Below are positions 8,761-21,832 of a DNA stretch of 32,000 nucleotides, one piece after another (position 1 is the stretch's first letter; every line of letters starts with the position of its first letter). Origin of the DNA: Pasteurella multocida (GTDB lineage Bacteria; Pseudomonadota; Gammaproteobacteria; Enterobacterales; Pasteurellaceae). A program made the translations under genes and the position numbers. The notes under the pieces were generated by a model. That model saw only the letters and a list, made by a program, of their open reading frames with translations, searched no databases and was not told where the DNA came from. The stretch is taken from assembly GCF_900187275.1 (NCBI RefSeq), contig NZ_LT906458.1, forward strand, positions 1,860,001 to 1,892,000, given 5' to 3'.

Positions 8761-8801
8761 AGCACTTGATCCGAGAAAATAGAAAAACATCAAAAAAGAT
8801 C

Positions 8802-8829
8802 TTGATCCTAAATCTGAAATCCCTATAAT
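8802..8829 (+). promoter_or_regulatory. rrn promoter P1 candidate
   Basis: TTGATC (8802-8807), 16-nt spacer, TATAAT (8824-8829), then a GC-rich discriminator GCACCTCCGC. An A-rich UP-like tract lies immediately upstream. Confidence 0.6.
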
Positions 8830-8919
8830 GCACCTCCGCACCGCAAGGGAGGCAAGCGAAAGGAAAGCGTAATGCTTTTTGTTGTTTTAAAAGGTAAGCA
8901 GTCTTTAAAATAAAATGGC

Positions 8920-8948
8920 TTGACATAGAATAGAGATTTGATTATCAT
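8920..8948 (+). promoter_or_regulatory. rrn promoter P2 candidate
   Basis: TTGACA (8920-8925), 17-nt spacer, TATCAT (8943-8948). Confidence 0.55.
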
Positions 8949-8969
8949 TTTCGTCCTTGCTTAGTGCAA

Positions 8970-8982
8970 CGTTCTTTAACAA
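8970..8982 (+). promoter_or_regulatory. rrn leader boxA antitermination element
   Basis: CGTTCTTTAACAA matches the E. coli boxA TGCTCTTTAACAA at 11/13 positions. Confidence 0.7.
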
Positions 8983-8990
8983 TCTAACAG

Positions 8991-9010
8991 ACAATCTGTG
9001 TGGGCACTTG
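8991..9010 (+). promoter_or_regulatory. 16S precursor processing stem, 5' arm
   Basis: The reverse complement of ACAATCTGTGTGGGCACTTG matches 10698-10717 (CAAGTGTTCACACAGATTGT) at 18/20. This is the expected RNase III-type stem bracketing the 16S. Confidence 0.7.
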
Positions 9011-9138
9011 TTGATTGATTTCATTTAAAAAAATTTTAAAATTGAAGTCTTAATAGGTGCTTAATACTGAAAATTCATGATACTTTTGAAGTAAATGTAA
9101 ACTTTTAGCTAAGCAGTTTATTGAGCGATTGAACTTTG

Positions 9139-10679
<1,541 letters not shown>

Positions 10680-10697
10680 CCTAAAATGGAACGACTG

Positions 10698-10717
10698 CAA
10701 GTGTTCACACAGATTGT
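10698..10717 (+). promoter_or_regulatory. 16S precursor processing stem, 3' arm
   Basis: Complementary to 8991-9010 (18/20). Confidence 0.7.
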
Positions 10718-10772
10718 TTAGTAGATTGTATGAATGAAATATATGGCAAAGTGGAGAGCATCTTTACATGTT

Positions 10773-10848
10773 GTCCCCATCGTCTAGAGGCCTAGGACAT
10801 CGCCCTTTCACGGCGGTAACCGGGGTTCGAATCCCCGTGGGGACGCCA
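10773..10848 (+). tRNA. tRNA-Glu (anticodon UUC) in the 16S-23S spacer
   Basis: GTCCCCATCGTCTAGAGGCCTAGGACATCGCCCTTTCACGGCGGTAACCGGGGTTCGAATCCCCGTGGGGACGCCA is near-identical to E. coli tRNA-Glu. It has the anticodon loop CTTTCAC and an encoded CCA. Confidence 0.95.
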
Positions 10849-10875
10849 TTTAAAGATGACTTTTGTTGTCTTTAC

Positions 10876-10888
10876 TGTTCTTTAAAAA
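10876..10888 (+). promoter_or_regulatory. spacer boxA-like element
   Basis: TGTTCTTTAAAAA resembles boxA and lies downstream of the spacer tRNA, as in enterobacterial rrn spacers. Confidence 0.5.
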
Positions 10889-11083
10889 ATTGGAAACAAG
10901 CTGAAAAACTGAAGAGATTTTCGAAAGAAAGTCTGAGTAGAAAAATCTTGCATGAAAAAAGGCATGCAAGTGTTTAGCGTTTAAACACAACATCAAGGTG
11001 ATGAAACTTGATTAATGCATTAGCAAAGGTTAATGGATTAATTGAGATTAAGTAAGAATACTTGAGGTTGTATGGTTAAGTGA

Positions 11084-13973
<2,890 letters not shown>

Positions 13974-14123
13974 ACAACGCTCAAGTGTTTTTGGGTGTTG
14001 AGTGAGATGTTAGACGAAGACGAAGAAGAGAAAATTACTTTAGACAGCTTGTTTTTGATTAAAGTGCGAGAGTGAAGAAAGCACGAAGGAAGAACAGAAG
14101 AATAGAGAAGACATCAACCGAAT

Positions 14124-14243
14124 ATCTTGGCGGCGATAGTGCAGTGGACCCACCTAACTCCATGCCGAACTTAGAAGTGAAACGCTGTAACGCCGATGGT
14201 AGTGTGGGGCTTCCCCATGTGAGAGTAGGACACCGCCAGGTCT
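14124..14243 (+). rRNA. rrf: 5S ribosomal RNA
   Basis: ATCTTGGCGGCGATAGTGCAGTGGACCCACCTAACTCCATGCCGAACTTAGAAGTGAAACGC...GAGAGTAGGACACCGCCAGGTCT aligns along its length with E. coli 5S. Confidence 0.9.
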
Positions 14244-14254
14244 GAATGAGAAGA

Positions 14255-14286
14255 AACCTCAAGTAGAGATACTTGAGGTTTTTTTT
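14255..14286 (+). terminator. rrn operon rho-independent terminator
   Basis: AACCTCAAGTA (14255-14265), loop GAGA, then TACTTGAGGTT (14270-14280), followed by a T-run through 14286. Confidence 0.9.
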
Positions 14287-14758
14287 GTGTTTGGAGAGAG
14301 TGGGGATATGGGGAGAGTGTCATTCGCATAACAAGAAGTATAGTCATTACCCAAAAATCAAGCAGGACTAAGCAGTAATACAGTAATTAAGAAGCAATTA
14401 AGAAACAGCAATTAATGAGCAGTCAAGAGGCAATTAGGCAGGTTGTTTGGGGGAGTCGTCGCTTTGTGTTGGAATTAGACCTAAATTAGGATTGCAGTGT
14501 ATTGGGGTATTAAGCATGAGAGCCGATTGATTGGCTGTATAAGGTAACGAGTTTGTTGTTGAAAGTGATAGCATGTCAGTTAACTACAATCAATACAGCA
14601 AGTAAAGCAAATACAGTCAATACAGAGAAAGAGAGAAATGTGAAAATACATAGTTTTTTTCTATTTTTTGCATCTTCAGTCAGCTAGAAAGCTGATTTAA
14701 TCCCTTTAGTAAGGCTAATTTGGTAGCATATTTGATATTTTTAGTTTGGGGAAAGTTT

Positions 14759-14786
14759 TTGTAAAAAATCAAAAAAAGAGTAGAAT
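14759..14786 (+). promoter_or_regulatory. candidate sigma70 promoter for def operon
   Basis: TTGTAA (14759-14764), 16-nt spacer, TAGAAT (14781-14786), about 40 nt upstream of the def ATG. Confidence 0.4.
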
Positions 14787-14826
14787 AATTAAAATTTTTT
14801 TATTGCATTTTACACAAAGAGAAATT

Positions 14827-15339
14827 ATGGCGCGATTAAATGTACTTGTTTATCCAGATGAACGTTTGAAAATCATTGCGAAACCTGTTGTAGAGGTAAA
14901 TGACGAAATTCGTGAAATTGTGGATAATATGTTTGAAACAATGTACCTTGAAGAAGGGATTGGATTAGCAGCAACACAGGTTAATATTCATCAACGTATT
15001 ATTACGATTGATGTGGAAGGTACGAAAGAAAACCAGTATGTGTTAATTAATCCTGAAATTATTGATAGCTGTGGTGAAACAGGGATTGAGGAAGGCTGTT
15101 TATCTTTACCTGGATTCCGCGGTTTTGTGCCACGTAAAGAAAAAGTCACGATTAAAGCGTTGGATCGTCATGGCGAAGAATATACGTTGAGCGCCGAGGG
15201 GCTATTGGCGATCTGTATTCAACATGAAATCGATCACTTAAATGGCATTGTGTTTGCTGATTATTTATCACCGTTGAAACGTCAACGTATGAAAGAAAAA
15301 TTGCTGAAACTCCAAAAACAATTAGCAAGACAGAAGTAA
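14827..15339 (+). CDS. def: peptide deformylase
   Basis: I place the start at ATG 14827 ([14 protein letters not shown]...), not at the ORF-track start 14746. The conserved motifs [13 protein letters not shown] and QHEIDHL are present. 170 aa. Confidence 0.93.
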   Translation: MARLNVLVYPDERLKIIAKPVVEVNDEIREIVDNMFETMYLEEGIGLAATQVNIHQRIITIDVEGTKENQYVLINPEIIDSCGETGIEEGCLSLPGFRGFVPRKEKVTIKALDRHGEEYTLSAEGLLAICIQHEIDHLNGIVFADYLSPLKRQRMKEKLLKLQKQLARQK

Positions 15340-15347
15340 TTATTGAT

Positions 15348-15369
15348 ACCCACGTCAGTTAGCGTGGGT
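15348..15369 (+). terminator. hairpin between def and fmt (possible partial terminator/attenuator)
   Basis: ACCCACG (15348-15354) pairs with CGTGGGT (15363-15369), followed by TGTTTTATT. Seven bp is modest, so function is uncertain. Confidence 0.35.
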
Positions 15370-15401
15370 TGTTTTATTCATAACGTAGAACATTATTTTA
15401 T

Positions 15402-16355
15402 ATGACATCACTCAAAATTATCTTTGCGGGTACGCCAGCGTTTGCTGCCCAGCATTTACAAGCTTTATTGAATTCTCATCATCAAGTGGTTGCTGTTTAC
15501 ACGCAACCTGACAAACCTGCAGGGCGAGGCAAAAAGTTACAAGCCAGTCCAGTGAAACAATTAGCAGAGCAGCATAATATTCCCGTTTATCAACCGAAAT
15601 CCTTGCGTAAAGTAGAAGCACAAGAAGAAATGCGAGCCATTGATGCAGATGTGATGGTTGTTGTGGCTTATGGTTTGATTTTACCGCAGACCGTATTAGC
15701 TATGCCTCGTTTAGGTTGTTTGAATGTGCATGGATCGCTGTTACCGCGTTGGCGTGGGGCGGCGCCGATTCAACGTGCCATTTGGGCTGGGGATAAACAA
15801 ACGGGTATCACTATTATGCAAATGGATGAAGGATTGGATACGGGTGATATGCTGTATAAAGTGTATTGTGATATTGCGCAGGATGAAACATCTACTAGTC
15901 TGTATGCTAAATTAATGGAAATTGCCCCCCCCGCCTTATTACATGTCCTCGATGGATTAGATAAAGGAAAATTTGTATCTGAGAAACAAGATGATATAGA
16001 ATCATGTTATGCAGAAAAATTGTCTAAAGAAGAAGCAGAATTAAATTGGCATGTCTCTGCAGAGCAGTTAGAACGTCATATCCGTGCGTTTAATCCTTGG
16101 CCAGTAAGTTATTTTTCTACACGCGATCTCCAAGGCAATACCCAGGTGATAAAAGTCTATAAAGCCGCTGTTTTACCTCATGTTGATAAAGTGGCTGGGA
16201 CGATTTTAAGTGCGGATAAAAATGGTATTCAAATTGCGACTGCAGAAGGTGTATTAAATTTGTTGCAATTACAACCCGCGGGGAAAAAGCCAATGGATGC
16301 GCGGGACTTGCTGAATGGGCGTGCAGAATGGTTTCCTGTTGGTAAGGTTTTATGA
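15402..16355 (+). CDS. fmt: methionyl-tRNA formyltransferase
   Basis: 317-aa ORF with [24 protein letters not shown] and [19 protein letters not shown]. It sits in the classic def-fmt pair. Confidence 0.95.
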
Positions 16356-17695
16356 TGCAGAAATTCGTAAAAAACGTGAAAAAGCAAACTGTACTTCTTT
16401 CAACAAGAGCCATTGCTGCACAAATCATTTTACAAGTTCTGGATCAAGGTAAATCGCTATCAACCTTGATTCCAGACACGCAACATCAAGTTAAAACACA
16501 AGATTTACCTTTATTACAAGAAATTTGTTTTGGGGTATGTCGTGTATTACCTCGTTTAGAACTGATTATCAAGCAACTTGTGGACAAGCCATTAAAAGGA
16601 AAAACACGCATTGTCCACTGCTTATTATTAGTTGGCTTGTATCAGCTCCTTTATACTCGCATTCCTGCTCACGCGGCAGTTGATGAAGTTGTCAATGCAA
16701 CAACCGCGTTAAAAGTGGAACATTTCCGTGGTTTAGTGAATGGCGTGTTACGTCGTTTTTTACGTGAACAAGAAACCTTATTAGTGAAAGTTGATAAACA
16801 TTGGCACACATTGCACCCTGATTGGTTAGTTAATCGTTTGAAAGAAGCTTATCCAAATTGGCGTGAGATTGTTGAAGCGAATAATCACAAACCGCCGATG
16901 TGGTTACGTGTCAATCAGCAAAAAAATAGCACAGAAACGTACCGCACTTTATTGGCAGAACAAGGAATTGAGGCGGAAAAGACGGATAATCCGTGCGCAT
17001 TACGTTTATTGCAGCCTGTGGCAGTATCTCAATTGCCAGCATTTCATGAAGGTGCAGTGAGTGTACAAGATGTGAATGCCCAATGGTCAGCCTTGTTATT
17101 GGCACCAGAAAATGGTGAGCTCATTTTAGATGCCTGTGCGGCACCCGGTGGGAAAACAACGCATATTTTAGAGCAAGCCCCACAAGCGCATGTGGTTGCT
17201 CTAGATGTTGAAGCTACTCGCCTTAAACGTGTGCATGAAAATTTAGCACGAATGCAACAGCAGGCAACGGTGATTTGTGGTGATGCCACACAGCCAGCAC
17301 AATGGTTAAAGCAACTAAGTGAAAGTGCGGTACAATTTGACCGAATTTTATTGGATGCACCTTGTTCGGCAACCGGCGTGATTCGACGCCATCCCGATAT
17401 TAAGTGGTTAAGACAAGCATCGGATATTAGTGCATTAGTGGCACTACAAAAACAAATTTTACAAGCGCTCTGGACAGTATTAAAACCAAATGGAATTTTA
17501 TTGTATGCAACTTGCTCGGTTTTACCAGAGGAAAATGCATTACAAATTGAACAATTTTTAACGAACAATGTAGATGCGAAATTAGAGCCACTCCCGTTTA
17601 CGGTTGTAGAAGGGGCTGTTGGGTATCAGTTTCTTCCAACTGAGAATGGGGGTGACGGTTTTTATTATGCTAAGTTAAGGAAGGTAGTTTCATGA
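16352..17695 (+). CDS. rsmB: 16S rRNA (cytosine967-C5)-methyltransferase
   Basis: 447-aa ORF with an N-terminal NusB-like domain and a SAM-MTase with [10 protein letters not shown] and the [13 protein letters not shown] and ATCS catalytic Cys motifs. Its start overlaps the fmt stop (ATGA). Confidence 0.93.
16941..16949 (-). repeat. USS core (ACCGCACTT on + strand), intragenic in rsmB
   Basis: Exact 9-mer. Confidence 0.9.
17323..17331 (+). repeat. USS core AAGTGCGGT, intragenic in rsmB
   Basis: Exact 9-mer. Confidence 0.9.
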
Positions 17696-18516
17696 TGAAC
17701 TTTAATAAAATGTCATTTTCAAAAATCGATGTTGTGATTCCTTGTTATAACGCGGAGAAAACGCTCATTCGTGCGGTAAACTCCGTCTTAAATCAAGAAT
17801 TACTGAATCATTTATGGATTATTGATGATTGTTCTACAGACAATTCATTCAAGCTTGCCAATCAAATTGCTGCACGTTTCCCAGAAAAAGTGACTGTTGA
17901 GCGACTCTCTCGTAATGGTGGTGTTGCTAAAGCCAGAAACTGGGGTGCTGTTCAAAGTAATGCGGAGCTAATTGCATTCTTAGATGCGGATGATGCTTAT
18001 GAGCCTGAAGCGCTTAAAGTGGCTAGCTGCGTTTTTCATTTCCGTCCTGAAACCGTATTAGTGAGACTGGCTATGAAACCAGTTGGTCTGTCAGAAGAAT
18101 ATACGGAACACCCCGACTTTGAAAGCGCTTGGGAAACTGTGCAAATGTCATTAGCGGGGAACGTTGTGTTTCGTCGCGCTTTTTTATTAGCATGTGGTGG
18201 TTTTCCACAAGAGTCGCTCTTTAACCGTTTAGGCGGTGATGATAATGCACTTGGTGAAGCAGTGGTGAAATTAGGACGTGTTGCAACGCTTTTTGAAGAT
18301 GTTGGCGTTTTATATTATTGCCATGAAGGGATGAAAGCAGAACGTTTATTAGATGCTGTTTTATTCGGTAAAAAACCGAAAAATAGTTTACCAAACGATA
18401 TTCAAGTTGCAGAACAAGTCACGGAGAATATTTGTAAACATGTGGAACAGTTGAAGAAACTATTGGATGTACAAGAGGTGGGTGTTAAACCTTTGGTGAT
18501 TGAGAGAACAGAATAA
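17692..18516 (+). CDS. family 2 (GT-A fold) glycosyltransferase, acceptor unknown
   Basis: 274-aa ORF with [20 protein letters not shown] and the DxD motif FLDADDAY. The ATG overlaps the rsmB stop (ATGA at 17692-17695). The stop overlaps the trkA ATG (TAATG at 18514-18518). Confidence 0.8.
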   Translation: MMNFNKMSFSKIDVVIPCYNAEKTLIRAVNSVLNQELLNHLWIIDDCSTDNSFKLANQIAARFPEKVTVERLSRNGGVAKARNWGAVQSNAELIAFLDADDAYEPEALKVASCVFHFRPETVLVRLAMKPVGLSEEYTEHPDFESAWETVQMSLAGNVVFRRAFLLACGGFPQESLFNRLGGDDNALGEAVVKLGRVATLFEDVGVLYYCHEGMKAERLLDAVLFGKKPKNSLPNDIQVAEQVTENICKHVEQLKKLLDVQEVGVKPLVIERTE

Positions 18517-19892
18517 TGAAAATTATCATTCTTGGTGCAGGGCAGGTTGGTAAAACGCTTGCTGAGAATTTAGTCAGTGAAGATAACGACATTACATTAG
18601 TCGATAATCAATCACTGCGATTAGAAAATTTACAAAGTAAGCATGACTTACGAGTCGTTAATGGTTCTGCTTCTTCACCAAGAGTGTTACGTGAAGCTGG
18701 TGCGCAAGATGCGGATTTATTAGTGGCGGTTACGAGCTCTGATGAAATCAATATGGTAGCGTGTCAAATTAGTTATACGCTTTTTAATACGCCCACTAAA
18801 ATTGCGCGTATCCGTAATGCGGAATATTTACGTGAAAAAGATAAATTATTCCAAACCAATGTGTTACCTATTGATCATATTATTTCACCGGAGAAATTAG
18901 TCACTGACGAAATTACACGTTTGATTGATTATCCAGGTGCGTTACAAGTGGCACATTTTGCGAATGGTCGCATTAGTTTGGTCGTTGTGAAAGCCTATTA
19001 TGGTGGTCCTTTAGTCGGCTATGCGATTTCTGCTTTGAAAGATCATATGCCACATATTGAATGTCGTATTGTGTCTATTTTGCGTCAAGATAAAGTCATT
19101 CGTCCGCAAGGATCGACCATTATTGAGGCAGGTGATGAGATTACCTTTATCTGTGAAACCATTCATATTAAAGCTGTGATGAGTGAATTACAGCGTTTAG
19201 AGAAGCCGTATAAGCGCATTATGATCGCAGGCGGAGGGAATGTCGGCATTGGTGTTGCGAAGAATTTAGAAGGAAAATGTTCCGTTAAATTAATTGAACG
19301 TAATGCAGAACGCGCGACGGCATTGGCTGAAAAATTATCGAATACTTTGATTTTTTGTGGTGATGCTTCTGATCAGTCTTTTTTGTTAGAAGAGCAAATC
19401 GAAAATGTGGATGTGTTTTTATCGCTCACCAGTGATGATGAAGCGAATATCATGTCAGCATTGTTAGCAAAACGACTTGGGGCGAAGAAAGCCTTGGTGT
19501 TAATTCAACGTATGGCATACATTAACTTGATCCAAGGTGGCACCATTGATATTGCCGTTTCGCCACAACAGACGACGATTTCTGCGTTGTTAAGTCATGT
19601 TCGTAAAGGCGATACAGTGAATGTGGTCTCTTTACGACACGGGGTTGCTGAAGCGTTAGAGATTATTGTGCATGGCGAAGAAAGTTCGTCGCTTGTGATT
19701 GGACGTAAAATTTCTGAATTGAAGCTACCACAAGGGGCGATTGTGGGAGCGATATTGCGTGGTAATGAGGTGATTATGGCGAAGAAAAATCTCGTGATTG
19801 AAGATAATGATCATGTCATTGTGTATTTAAGTGATAAGAAATTTGTGTCTGATATCGAGAAACTTTTTCAGCCAAGTGTATTCTTTATTTAA
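18516..19892 (+). CDS. trkA: Trk system potassium uptake protein TrkA
   Basis: 458-aa ORF with two tandem RCK/NAD-binding halves ([10 protein letters not shown] at the N-terminus and [10 protein letters not shown] at about aa 234). Confidence 0.93.
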   Translation: MKIIILGAGQVGKTLAENLVSEDNDITLVDNQSLRLENLQSKHDLRVVNGSASSPRVLREAGAQDADLLVAVTSSDEINMVACQISYTLFNTPTKIARIRNAEYLREKDKLFQTNVLPIDHIISPEKLVTDEITRLIDYPGALQVAHFANGRISLVVVKAYYGGPLVGYAISALKDHMPHIECRIVSILRQDKVIRPQGSTIIEAGDEITFICETIHIKAVMSELQRLEKPYKRIMIAGGGNVGIGVAKNLEGKCSVKLIERNAERATALAEKLSNTLIFCGDASDQSFLLEEQIENVDVFLSLTSDDEANIMSALLAKRLGAKKALVLIQRMAYINLIQGGTIDIAVSPQQTTISALLSHVRKGDTVNVVSLRHGVAEALEIIVHGEESSSLVIGRKISELKLPQGAIVGAILRGNEVIMAKKNLVIEDNDHVIVYLSDKKFVSDIEKLFQPSVFFI

Positions 19893-19908
19893 AGTAGCGT
19901 AAATAAAC

Positions 19909-19936
19909 TGTACAAAAAATCAAAAGTTCTTATAAT
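19909..19936 (+). promoter_or_regulatory. candidate mscL promoter
   Basis: TGTACA (19909-19914), 16-nt spacer, TATAAT (19931-19936), about 40 nt before the mscL ATG. Confidence 0.4.
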
Positions 19937-19974
19937 GACTAGGATTTTAGCTAACATTTTATTTAGGAGTTTTT

Positions 19975-20376
19975 ATGAGTTTTGTTAAAGAGTTTCGCGA
20001 ATTTGCAATGCGAGGCAATGTTGTCGATATGGCAGTCGGTGTGATCATCGGTGGTGCATTTGGTAAAATTGTCAGTTCTTTAGTTGGTGATGTAGTGATG
20101 CCAGTATTAGGTATTTTAACTGGTGGTGTGGATTTCAAAGATTTAAGTATTGTGTTGAAAGAAGCAGCGGGTGAAGTGCCTGCAGTCACGTTAAATTACG
20201 GTGCATTTATCCAAACAGTCTTCGACTTCGTCATTATTGCCTTTGCGATTTTCTTGATGATCAAAGCGTTAAATAAATTGAAACGTGAAGAGCCAAAAGT
20301 AGAAGAACCTGCAGAGCCAAAACTATCAAACGAAGAAGTCCTATTAACGGAAATTCGCGATTTATTGAAGAAATAA
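19975..20376 (+). CDS. mscL: large-conductance mechanosensitive channel
   Basis: 133-aa [40 protein letters not shown] is the conserved MscL N-terminus and TM1. Confidence 0.95.
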   Translation: MSFVKEFREFAMRGNVVDMAVGVIIGGAFGKIVSSLVGDVVMPVLGILTGGVDFKDLSIVLKEAAGEVPAVTLNYGAFIQTVFDFVIIAFAIFLMIKALNKLKREEPKVEEPAEPKLSNEEVLLTEIRDLLKK

Positions 20377-20392
20377 TCGTTTTGACTCGTCG

Positions 20393-20421
20393 AAAAATCT
20401 TCCCTAGTGGAAGATTTTTTT
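20393..20421 (+). terminator. mscL rho-independent terminator
   Basis: AAAAATCTTCC (20393-20403), loop CTAGT, then GGAAGATTTTT (20409-20419), followed by more T. Confidence 0.85.
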
Positions 20422-20449
20422 ATTTCAACCGGGCTCCAATCGTCGCAAC

Positions 20450-20478
20450 TTGTATAAGCCATTTATACCCTTTACAAT
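20450..20478 (+). promoter_or_regulatory. candidate rraB promoter
   Basis: TTGTAT (20450-20455), 17-nt spacer, TACAAT (20473-20478). Confidence 0.45.
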
Positions 20479-20510
20479 ACAGTCAATTTTATTCCTTAGA
20501 GGTAACCAAC

Positions 20511-20936
20511 ATGATCGACTTCAACGCGCTAAAAACAGAAACCAGAGAGATTATCACTGATCTCTTAAATGACGGCAGTGATCCCGATGCGTTATACATT
20601 ATTGAGCATCACATTGCTCACCACGATTTTGATAAATTAGAGAAAATTGCGCTGGATGCGTTTAAGTTAGGTTACGAAGTCTCAGAAGCGGAAGAGTTTG
20701 AAGATGAGAAAGGTCATGTGATTTTTTGCTTTGATATTATTAGCGAAGTGAAATTGACACCTGAAATCATTGATGCACAGCAAAAAGAATTACTCCCGTT
20801 AGTTGAAAAATGTGGTGGTACCTATGATGGTTGGGGAACTTATTTTGAAGATCCAAATGCAGAGGATGACGAATACGGTGAAGATGGTGAGTTCTTTGAC
20901 GACGAGCTAGATGATGAGCTGAACGAACGTCATTAA
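20511..20936 (+). CDS. rraB: ribonuclease E inhibitor RraB
   Basis: I place the start at ATG 20511 (SD GAGGT upstream), because the ORF-track extension from 20382 runs through the mscL terminator. DGSDPDALYIIEHH...AFKLGYEV...YDGWGTYFEDPN and the acidic tail closely match E. coli RraB. 141 aa. Confidence 0.9.
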   Translation: MIDFNALKTETREIITDLLNDGSDPDALYIIEHHIAHHDFDKLEKIALDAFKLGYEVSEAEEFEDEKGHVIFCFDIISEVKLTPEIIDAQQKELLPLVEKCGGTYDGWGTYFEDPNAEDDEYGEDGEFFDDELDDELNERH

Positions 20937-20954
20937 AAAACATTTAAGAATAAG

Positions 20955-20995
20955 ACCGCACTTTTGGCAACCTGTTGAAAGTGCGGTTTTATTTT
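20955..20995 (+). terminator. terminator built from an inverted USS pair
   Basis: ACCGCACTTT (20955-20964) pairs with AAAGTGCGGT (20978-20987), followed by TTTTATTTT. Confidence 0.85.
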
Positions 20996-21055
20996 GAACT
21001 ATTTTGTTTACTTTCTGCCTAACAAAGAGTGACTTTACATCATAGGAAAAACGTT

Positions 21056-21769
21056 ATGACATTAAAACATCTTGCTTGGATATTCCTTGCGTTACCAATT
21101 GCGCTGAATGCGCAACCTGTAGACAATAAACTACAACATAATCAAGTTCAGTTCAGTGCTGAAGTGGTCAAAGAAATTGATAAAGATGAGTTGCAAGTAA
21201 CACTTTATTTACAAGAAGAAGGGAAAGATGCGAGCGCATTAAATCAACTCATTGTGGCACGTATGAATCAGGCGCTTGATGCCGTGAAAAAACACAGTAC
21301 AGTACAGGTTGTTTCTCAACAACGTTACACACAAGTGCGTTATGGAAAAGAGGGGAAACAAAATGGTTGGATTGATCGCGCTGAAATCGTGCTAAAAAGT
21401 CAAGATATGCCAATGTTGTCGAAACTGGTGGCAGAGTTAAATGAGCATTTTAAAATTGGCGGTATGTATGCCACCGTGTCTGAAGAAAGTTTAGCGCGTG
21501 TGGAAAAAGAAATGACCGAAGCTGTATTGCAAAAGTTTGAGCAAAAAGCACAATTGATTCAGTCTTTAATGAAAGCAAAAGGTTATCGTTTAATTGAATT
21601 GGATTTATCTCCTCATGATGTGATGGGCTCAACAAGAAGCTATGCGGTATCGATGAAAAGTAAAGACGCTTTTTATAGTTCTTCTGCCGATCACGAAATG
21701 GCCCTTGAAGGTGGCAAAACAAAATTAAGAGCCGTTGTGCAAGCGAAAATTGAATTAATCAACGATTAG
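21056..21769 (+). CDS. SIMPL/DUF541-domain periplasmic protein (YggE-like)
   Basis: I place the start at ATG 21056 (SD AGGAAA). There is a signal peptide MTLKHLAWIFLALPIALNA/QP. The overall layout resembles YggE-type SIMPL proteins. This family call is from memory only. Confidence 0.6.
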   Translation: MTLKHLAWIFLALPIALNAQPVDNKLQHNQVQFSAEVVKEIDKDELQVTLYLQEEGKDASALNQLIVARMNQALDAVKKHSTVQVVSQQRYTQVRYGKEGKQNGWIDRAEIVLKSQDMPMLSKLVAELNEHFKIGGMYATVSEESLARVEKEMTEAVLQKFEQKAQLIQSLMKAKGYRLIELDLSPHDVMGSTRSYAVSMKSKDAFYSSSADHEMALEGGKTKLRAVVQAKIELIND

Positions 21770-21832
21770 CTTTCTAAGCAATGATATTTCTTATACAATA
21801 CACGAATTCATTCGCGAAAAATTGGAGTAATA

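Noticed and set aside
8454-8800. Canonical CRP site upstream of tfoX, expected by analogy with H. influenzae sxy.
   Set aside because: The best candidates (for example TGTGCAGGCATTACTC on the minus strand) match only one half-site. I am not confident enough to annotate one.
8243-8926. ORFs 8243-8455 (+), 8404-8841 (-) and 8684-8926 (-) in the tfoX/rrn promoter region.
   Set aside because: They overlap the tfoX coding or leader sequence and run through the rrn P1/P2 promoters. Their Phe/Ile/Leu/Lys/Asn-rich translations reflect the AT-rich non-coding DNA.
14746-14826. N-terminal extensions in the ORF track for def (from 14746), rraB (from 20382) and the SIMPL protein (from 21029).
   Set aside because: Internal ATGs at 14827, 20511 and 21056 have SD sequences and give N-termini matching the known families or a proper signal peptide. 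The extensions start at non-ATG codons and, for rraB, run through the mscL terminator.
15925-15932. C8 homopolymer inside fmt, considered as a possible slipped-strand phase-variation tract.
   Set aside because: It encodes Ala-Pro-Pro-Ala (GCC CCC CCC GCC) in an essential, conserved gene. Phase variation of fmt is implausible, and there is no supporting context.
17044-17568. 174-aa minus-strand ORF antisense to rsmB, the longest unexplained ORF in the track.
   Set aside because: It lies entirely inside the well-supported rsmB methyltransferase domain. Its translation is Cys/Ala/Ser-rich and low-complexity, with no SD or recognisable motif. It is most likely a chance antisense frame.
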